Assembly: GCA_040218735.1 (NCBI GenBank)
Contig: JAVJQW010000061.1
Location: 160,001 to 224,000 of the forward strand
Direction: 5' to 3'
DNA from: Deltaproteobacteria bacterium
GTDB taxonomy: Bacteria; Myxococcota; Kuafuiibacteriia; Kuafuiibacteriales; Kuafuiibacteriaceae
Length of the DNA stretch: 64,000 nt
Position numbers and translations under genes: made by a program. The notes below the pieces were generated by a model. That model did no database searches. It worked only from the letters and a program-made list of their open reading frames with translations, and was not told the origin of the DNA. Position 1 is the first letter of the stretch. Every line of letters begins with the position of its first letter. Of the stretch, positions 57,847 through 64,000 are shown piece after piece.

Positions 57847-60294
57847 TCAGCGACGACGCGGCCGCACGCGTGTGCTCGCGATGCCGTCGTCGGGGTTCTC
57901 GGGCCACTGGTGCTTCGGGTAGCGAGCGCGCAGGTCCTTTCGCACGTCGGCGTACGTGTTCGCCCAGAAGCTCGCGAGGTCGCGCGTCACCTGGACCGGT
58001 CGCATGTTCGGCGCGAGCAGCTCCATCTTGATCGGCACCCGCCCTCCCGCGACGAGCGGCGTCTCGTACAGACCGAAGACCTCCTGCAGTCGCACCGAGC
58101 AGACCGGCGGCCCATCGGGGTCGTAGCGCAACTTGGCTTGCCGACCGCTGGGGATCGCGATCGTCTTCGGCGCCTCACGATCCAACAGCGTGCGCGTCGT
58201 GTGATCGAGGTGCTGCCGGAACGCTTCGACGAGGTCGACCTTCTTCAGCTCCGCGAAGCTCTTCTTCCCGTACGCGATCGTCTCCAGCAGATCGACGCGG
58301 GTGTCGGCGGTCGGCAACGCGGGCGGATCTGCATGCTCGCGCGCGAGGAACGCGCAGCGGTTGAGGAATGCAAACACCTCGTCGGTGATCGGCAGCGCAC
58401 GATCCAGATCCGCGCGCGCCGCCTCGACGAGCGTCGCGTGCAGCGCGTCGCGGTCGGGGTGTGGATCCCGGCGCTCGTGGAGGACGAGGTCCCCGAACTG
58501 CTCGCGGATGACACCCTCCGCCGCCTCGCGATCCTTGTTCCAGCGCGCAGCGCGGACCGTCTTCGTGTCGAGCCACGCGCGGTCCACCTCACTCGCCATG
58601 CGGATGAGCGGCGGCGAACGCCCAGCGTCGATGTCGAGCGCGACGATCGTGTCGGCGTCGCGCACCACACTCGACTTCGCGAGCTGCCCGCCCCCCGTCG
58701 CGAGCCGGTAGCGGTGGTCCTTCTGTAGCACTCCGACGCGGTCCGGGAACCCGGCGAGCGTGGCGCGCAGGAGGGCTTCGTCGGAGGCCTCACCGTCCGC
58801 GCCCCCGAACGTGCGACGCGCCATGCGCTCCAGACGATCCGCCACGCGGCGCACCGGCGCGGCGGCCTTGGGATCGATCGCGTTCGCGCGCATACGATCG
58901 AAGCGCAGCAACAGATCGGATCGCCCCGCGGTGCTCGCCTCGGCCGAGCGCGGGAGGACGTCGCGCTCCGACGCGAGCGCCGCGAGCAGCGCTGCGTCCC
59001 GCGCGCTCTTCGGCGCGGCCGCCGCGAGGAGCGCACCGATGCGCGGATCGAGCGGGAGCTTCGCGAGCTTCTCGCCGAGCTTGGTCAATCGCCAACCTTC
59101 GGGTTCGAGCGCGCCGAGGAGGCGGAGGAGCTTCGTCGCCCGCTCGATGCGCGCGTCGGGGGGCGCCTCGAACCACCCGAACCCGCGCGGGTCGGTCGCG
59201 GACCAGGAGAGCACGTCGAGGATCACGCGCGACAGCTCGGTACGCATGAGCTCGGGCGCGATGTCCTGCGCGAACCCGATCTCCTCCTTCTGCGACCACA
59301 TCCGGTACGCCACGCCGGGACCGAGGCGGCCCGCGCGCCCCGCGCGCTGCTCGGCGCTGCGGAGGCTGATGCGCTGGAGCTGCAGGCGATCGAATCCATT
59401 CGATGGATCGTGCAGCAGGATCTTCTCGTAGCCGCCGTCCACGACGACGCGTACGCCGGGGATCGTGAGCGACGACTCGGCGATGTTCGTGGCGAGGATG
59501 ACCTTGCGACGCGGCCCCTGGGCCACCGCGCGGTCCTGCGCCTTGGCGTCGAGCTCGCCGTACAGCGGCACGACCTCCACGTCGCCGATCTCCACCTTCC
59601 GCAACTCGGATTGCGCGCGATGGATCTCGCGCGCGCCCGGGAGGAACGCGAGGACGTCGCCTTCGTTCGTCTCCCGCAGCGCGCGGCGCACGCCCGACAC
59701 GACGAGCGCGTCGACGCGGCGGTCGTCCTTCTGTTCGAGGTACCGTCGTTCGACCGGGTACAGCCGGCCATCGCTCTCGACCAGCGCGGCGTCGTTCAGG
59801 AAGGCGAGCACCGGCGCGGGATCGAGCGTCGCCGACATCGCGACGATTCGGAGCTCGGGCCGCACCGTCTGCTGCACCTCGCGCAGGAACGCGAGCGCGA
59901 GGTCGGCGTGGACGGAGCGTTCGTGGAGCTCGTCGAGGACGACCACGCCGACGTCGTCGAGCGTGGGATCCGTCTGCATCCGTCGGGTGAGGATGCCCTC
60001 GGTGATGAGCGCGATGCGGGTGTTCTTGGAGGTGCGGTCGTCGAAGCGAACCTGGTAGCCGACTCGATCGCCGACCTTGGTTCCGACCTCTTGCGCGAGG
60101 CGCTGAGCGGCGAGCCGCGCGGCGAGGCGCCGGGGCTCGAGGACGAGGACCTTCCCGTCGACGACCCGCTCGAGCGCCGCCGGGACACGCGTCGTCTTGC
60201 CCGCCCCCGGAGGGGCGAGCAGGACCACGTCGCGTCCGGCGGACACCGCGGACGTGACGTCCGGCAGGACGTCGTCGACGGGGAGGTCGAGCAC
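57847..60294 (-). CDS. hrpB: ATP-dependent helicase HrpB
   Basis: APPGAGKTT, EPRRLAAR, DELHERS, MSAT, ATNIAESSLTI, QRAGRAGR, LLAPN.RPVQVT.DL..FW...Y..VRKDLR.RYPKH.WP. Confidence 0.96.
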   Translation of the reverse strand: MLDLPVDDVLPDVTSAVSAGRDVVLLAPPGAGKTTRVPAALERVVDGKVLVLEPRRLAARLAAQRLAQEVGTKVGDRVGYQVRFDDRTSKNTRIALITEGILTRRMQTDPTLDDVGVVVLDELHERSVHADLALAFLREVQQTVRPELRIVAMSATLDPAPVLAFLNDAALVESDGRLYPVERRYLEQKDDRRVDALVVSGVRRALRETNEGDVLAFLPGAREIHRAQSELRKVEIGDVEVVPLYGELDAKAQDRAVAQGPRRKVILATNIAESSLTIPGVRVVVDGGYEKILLHDPSNGFDRLQLQRISLRSAEQRAGRAGRLGPGVAYRMWSQKEEIGFAQDIAPELMRTELSRVILDVLSWSATDPRGFGWFEAPPDARIERATKLLRLLGALEPEGWRLTKLGEKLAKLPLDPRIGALLAAAAPKSARDAALLAALASERDVLPRSAEASTAGRSDLLLRFDRMRANAIDPKAAAPVRRVADRLERMARRTFGGADGEASDEALLRATLAGFPDRVGVLQKDHRYRLATGGGQLAKSSVVRDADTIVALDIDAGRSPPLIRMASEVDRAWLDTKTVRAARWNKDREAAEGVIREQFGDLVLHERRDPHPDRDALHATLVEAARADLDRALPITDEVFAFLNRCAFLAREHADPPALPTADTRVDLLETIAYGKKSFAELKKVDLVEAFRQHLDHTTRTLLDREAPKTIAIPSGRQAKLRYDPDGPPVCSVRLQEVFGLYETPLVAGGRVPIKMELLAPNMRPVQVTRDLASFWANTYADVRKDLRARYPKHQWPENPDDGIASTRVRPRRR

Positions 60295-60303
60295 GCGCGC
60301 AGG

Positions 60304-63141
60304 TTACTGCAGCGTGATGTCCATCAGGTACGGGCCGAACGACTCCGTGTTCGCGTAGTGCTGAACGCGGATGTAGTACGTACCCGCAGCGAGGTTCGCT
60401 GCCATCGGGTACGCCGTCCCGTCGATCTGCGAGCAGAGCCCGTTGGTGTCGTCATCGTCCGCCAGCTCGGTCATCGCCGAGTCGAACAGGAAGATGCGCG
60501 TGTCACCGAGGGTGCACATCGTCGGGTCGTTCACGACCGTGTACGTGACCGCCGTGAGCGACGCCGTCATCCCCGTCGGGACGACGAAGCTGTAGAAGTC
60601 CTCGTCGGCGACCGGGTTGATCGAGCCGGAGACCGTCACGGTGTTGCCGATCGTCGCGCCCGACGGGGTCGCGGTGCCGGCGTCGCCGTTCGGCTCCATC
60701 TCGATCGTGATGTTGCCCTCGAACATGCAGCTCGCGTCGCAGCCGTCGCCCGCCGTCGTGTTGCCGTCGTCGCACTGCTCACCCGGCTCGACCGCGCCGT
60801 TGCCGCAGCCCGTGCCGACCGTCTGGATGTTGACCTGGTACGCTGCGATCTCGTCGTCGTTGAGGAACTCCTCGACGCGCACGAAGTACGTGCCCGCGGT
60901 GAGGAGGTCACCCGACGCGAGTCCGTCGTACAGCGAGCAGCTGTTGATGCCGCCCTCGTCGTTGCTGCCGACGGTGGTGCCAGTGCTGTCGAGGATGCGG
61001 ATGACGGTGTCGTCCGTCTCGCACACGCCGATCGTCGGCGCGCCGGTCTCCGCGATGATGTAGCCGTCCATCGGGAGCACGACCGCGAACAGATCCTGGT
61101 CGCCGGCGGGCGTCAGCGCGTCGGTGAAGGTCTGGTTCTGGTTCAGGCCGGTGACGGTGCCGTCGACCTCGTACATGCAGCTGGCGTCACAGCCGTCGCC
61201 GGGCGTCGTGTTGCCGTCGTCGCACTGCTCGCCGACGTCGACCGCGCCGTTGCCACAGCCGGGGCCGAACGTCTGGATCTGCACTTGGTACGCCGCGATC
61301 TCACCGTTGTTCCCGAACTCCTCGACGCGCACGTAGTACGTGCCGGCCATCAGCAGCTCGGAGTTGACGAGCGAGCACGCGCCCTCACCGCCATCGTCGT
61401 TGCGCGCGACCTGAGCGAACGTCGAGTCGAGGATCGTCAGGACGGTGTCGCCGGTGTCGCAGACGCCGATCGTCGGGATGCCGGTCTCGGCGCGGATGTA
61501 ACCCTCGGCGGGGAGCGTCACGGTGAAGAAGTCCTGCGTGCCCGCGGGCATGATCGACTCGCTGAAGGTCTGGTCCTGGTCGAGGCCGGTCACGGAGCCG
61601 ACCGGCTCGATCGTGCACGTCATGGAGCAACCGTCACCGCTCGTGGTGTTGCCGTCTTCGCACTGCTCGTTGAAGTCCGTCTCGAGGATGCCGTTGCCGC
61701 ACTCGGGGTTGCTGACCGTGATGTCGATGGTGAGCGGGCCCGTGTCGGCCTCGGTCTCGCCGGCGACGTAGATGTAGTAGGTGCCGGCGTCGAGCACCGC
61801 GGCGTACGCGTCGACGCGCGGATCGAAGTTCGCGCAGCCGCCGGGCGACTGGTCCTGACCGATGCCGGTGAGCGTCTCGTCACCGAGCGCGAGGATCGTC
61901 GGGTACGGGCAGGCGCCGTTGCCGTCGGAGGTCGTCGCGGTGATCGACTGGCCCATCTGGTCGAGGATGACCGGGATCAGGGTGCCGGCCGCCGGCACGT
62001 CGATCGTGAGCGACGCGCTCCCCGCCCCGGTGATCTCGGCGCCGCAGGTCGCGGAGCAGCCGTCGCCGCTGGTGGTGTTGCCGTCGTCGCACAGCTCGCC
62101 CGAGTTGCCTTCGATGATGCCGTTGCCACACGCCGGGCCTTCGCCGACCACGACCACGAGCCGGTACGTGCCCTCGGCGCCCTGGAAGCCGGTGACGCGG
62201 ACGAAGTAGGTGCCGGCCGGGAGCTCGGCCGCGGCCGCGTCGAACGCGGGGTCGATCGTGGAGCACGGCGGGCTGACGCCGTCGTCGTTGCCAGTGAGGA
62301 CGGTGGTGCCGTCGGGGGCGATGAGCTCGAGGATCGTGTCGGCGGTGCTCGAGGAGCACGTGCCCATGCCGTCGTCGGTCTGCGCGAAGACGTTGCCACC
62401 CTCGGTGACGGCGAACGAGAACCAGTCCTCGTCGGCCGGGCCGAGCGTGCCGTTCACGCCGCCGCCGACGTTGGCGTCGTTCGCGGACGCGGAGTCGTTG
62501 TTGGGCTCGGACTCGTTCGCGGCCTGCACGAGCGTGACGGTGACGCTGTCGTTCGCCATGCCGGCGTCGTTGCTGACCTCGAGGTCCCAGGTCGTGTCGG
62601 CGGCGCCCATCATGACGGGGAGCGATCCACCGTTGGCCATCGTCGCCGAGTTGAGGACCTCGGTGCCCGCGCGCGTGATGCGCACCTGCGTACCGTTCGT
62701 CGCGGCCCAGCGCAGCGTGACCGTCGTGCCTTCACCGGCCGCCGTGGGGCTCGCGGTGAACGACTGAATCGTCGGCGGGCCACCGGCCTCGACCGTGACG
62801 CTCGCGGTCTGCATGACCGTGCGTCCGCCGCCGGTGGCGACGAGCGTGAACGTCGTGTTGGCGCTGATCGCACCCGACGTCACGGAGCCGACGAGGTCGG
62901 CCGAGGTCGTGACCTCTCCGCCCGGCTCGGCGTTGATGGTGATGCTCTCGGCGCGCGACACATTCCACGCGAGCGTGGTGGTGCCGCCGGCCGAGACCGA
63001 TGTCGGCATCGCCGTGAACGAATTGATCGCCACGCCGGTGGGTTTGGTGTCGTCGCCGCCGTCGTCGTCGCCGCTACAGCCGATGAGGGCGATGGCGCCG
63101 ACGAGACCCAGAGTCGTTGTGATTCGGAAGTTAGGGAGCAT
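60304..63141 (-). CDS. Lipoprotein with Myxococcus Cys-rich (DUF4215) repeats and PPC/DVUA0089-like domains
   Basis: Lipobox LIGC; four CGNG..E.C.DGNTT.GDGC...C repeats alternating with E.EPN/DD.G...CS/L.AGTY.VRV domains. Confidence 0.85.
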   Translation of the reverse strand: MLPNFRITTTLGLVGAIALIGCSGDDDGGDDTKPTGVAINSFTAMPTSVSAGGTTTLAWNVSRAESITINAEPGGEVTTSADLVGSVTSGAISANTTFTLVATGGGRTVMQTASVTVEAGGPPTIQSFTASPTAAGEGTTVTLRWAATNGTQVRITRAGTEVLNSATMANGGSLPVMMGAADTTWDLEVSNDAGMANDSVTVTLVQAANESEPNNDSASANDANVGGGVNGTLGPADEDWFSFAVTEGGNVFAQTDDGMGTCSSSTADTILELIAPDGTTVLTGNDDGVSPPCSTIDPAFDAAAAELPAGTYFVRVTGFQGAEGTYRLVVVVGEGPACGNGIIEGNSGELCDDGNTTSGDGCSATCGAEITGAGSASLTIDVPAAGTLIPVILDQMGQSITATTSDGNGACPYPTILALGDETLTGIGQDQSPGGCANFDPRVDAYAAVLDAGTYYIYVAGETEADTGPLTIDITVSNPECGNGILETDFNEQCEDGNTTSGDGCSMTCTIEPVGSVTGLDQDQTFSESIMPAGTQDFFTVTLPAEGYIRAETGIPTIGVCDTGDTVLTILDSTFAQVARNDDGGEGACSLVNSELLMAGTYYVRVEEFGNNGEIAAYQVQIQTFGPGCGNGAVDVGEQCDDGNTTPGDGCDASCMYEVDGTVTGLNQNQTFTDALTPAGDQDLFAVVLPMDGYIIAETGAPTIGVCETDDTVIRILDSTGTTVGSNDEGGINSCSLYDGLASGDLLTAGTYFVRVEEFLNDDEIAAYQVNIQTVGTGCGNGAVEPGEQCDDGNTTAGDGCDASCMFEGNITIEMEPNGDAGTATPSGATIGNTVTVSGSINPVADEDFYSFVVPTGMTASLTAVTYTVVNDPTMCTLGDTRIFLFDSAMTELADDDDTNGLCSQIDGTAYPMAANLAAGTYYIRVQHYANTESFGPYLMDITLQ

Positions 63142-63178
63142 CTCGGAGTCCTCCAGAGACCCGTTCTGGGTGGTCTGA

Positions 63179-63205
63179 TGTATGCTGACTAAAGCTCAGC
63201 ACACA
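63179..63205. promoter_or_regulatory. 10-bp inverted repeat in the leader of the DUF4215 gene
   Basis: TGTATGCTGA-CTAAAGC-TCAGCACACA (9/10 pairs; the odd pair is G-U on the minus-strand transcript). Confidence 0.4.
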
Positions 63206-63344
63206 CCCTGTCCTACGTAGTCACCGGCGCCATCGTCAACCGGTCGAACGGCGAAATGCGTTCGACGCTGCGCGGGCAAACGGTCGAGGCGCGGGGATCC
63301 GCGGGCTCGGATCCGTTGCGATCGAGCCGATGGATCCGACCGTG

Positions 63345-63677
63345 ATGAAACGAACCCTAGCGATCACTTTCCTGTTTGCGCTCGCCGGCTGCGGCGGCGG
63401 TGATGTCGACGGCTGCGACTTCCGGTCCGAGGAAGACCGCTGCCAAGAGCGCGTCCGCGAGGTCGCCGACCCCGCCGGCACCGTCTCGGCCGCGTTCCAG
63501 ATGACGTGTGAAGCGGCGGGCGGCGGCTTCCTCGCCGACGGCTGCCCAGCGGAGGGCCGCGTCGCCGGGTGTGAGCTCGGCTCGGGCGCCGAGACGGTGA
63601 CGGACTGGTACTACGCACCGAAGACCCGCGCCGACGTCGAGATGGCGTGCGGCGACGACACCGTGGTCGACCCGTAG
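63345..63677 (+). CDS. Small Cys-rich lipoprotein
   Basis: MKRTLAITFLFALAGC lipobox; six further Cys. Confidence 0.75.
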   Translation: MKRTLAITFLFALAGCGGGDVDGCDFRSEEDRCQERVREVADPAGTVSAAFQMTCEAAGGGFLADGCPAEGRVAGCELGSGAETVTDWYYAPKTRADVEMACGDDTVVDP

Positions 63678-63737
63678 CGACCACGGTCAGCGCCCGACTT
63701 CCGCCGACCCGAGCAGCGTGACACCGTGCCCGACGGC

Positions 63738-64000
63738 ATGAAGCGCTACCTCCCCCTCCTCCTCGCCCTCGCCTGCCAACGCCCCGAAGCACCGACCACC
63801 GAAGCCCCCGCCACGGACTTCGCCGCGCTCGCGACCCGCGCAGGCGCCATCCCCGGCGTCGGAACGAACGACGTGCCGCGCTTCCTCTGGGGGACCTCCG
63901 CGATCGAGAAGCCCCCGACCGACGACGCCGCGACCGCCGCGCGCGCCTACGTCGAACGCTTCGCCCCGGCGCTGAACCTGCGCGACCTCCAGGCGATCGA
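63738..64000 (+). CDS. 3'-truncated exported protein, probable M36/M4 metallopeptidase propeptide N-terminus
   Basis: MKRYLPLLLALAC lipobox; VPRFLW...AATAARAYV pattern; frame open to window end. Confidence 0.5.
   Translation, partial: MKRYLPLLLALACQRPEAPTTEAPATDFAALATRAGAIPGVGTNDVPRFLWGTSAIEKPPTDDAATAARAYVERFAPALNLRDLQAI

Noticed and set aside
55732-58728. 998-aa plus-strand ORF
   Set aside because: Antisense shadow of the kinase and hrpB; Arg-rich with no motifs, expected at high GC
59410-63192. 1260-aa plus-strand ORF
   Set aside because: Antisense shadow of hrpB and the DUF4215 lipoprotein
63265-63320. c-di-GMP-I riboswitch (GGCAAAC present)
   Set aside because: No GNRA-capped P2 or GACGCAAAG/P3 elements follow

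Overview
A gene-dense, very GC-rich (roughly 70% by eye) chromosomal window with a Myxococcota/Deltaproteobacteria-like gene set: many Cys-rich lipoproteins, two ECF sigma factors, a caspase/ECF/anti-sigma module, a RedB-like/histidine-kinase pair and a Ser/Thr kinase. About 52 CDS can be supported, including mog, sppA, orn, hrpB, polX, cstA, a DdpX-like dipeptidase, a MATE transporter and a deoxyhypusine-synthase-like gene. I see no rRNA, tRNA, transposase, integrase, prophage or true CRISPR. Most notable signals: (1) a ~475-bp intergenic tandem array (29411-29884) of six structured units whose outer stems co-vary between copies; (2) six 11-bp-phased nAnnTnnACAn repeats, resembling CarH/CarA/LitR operators, over the promoter and start codon of an anti-sigma-less ECF sigma operon (3433-3527); (3) a CmlA-like MBL-fold enzyme with an RRE/winged-helix-like segment; (4) a PolX lacking its polymerase aspartates and with QxQ in place of the PHP HxH; (5) an in-frame TAA splitting a Kelch-like lipoprotein inside the caspase-ECF operon; (6) a 4x260-aa repeat protein behind a sigma54-like promoter; (7) a MITE-like 37-bp inverted-repeat element. 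All family assignments come from recognising motifs by eye, not from database searches.
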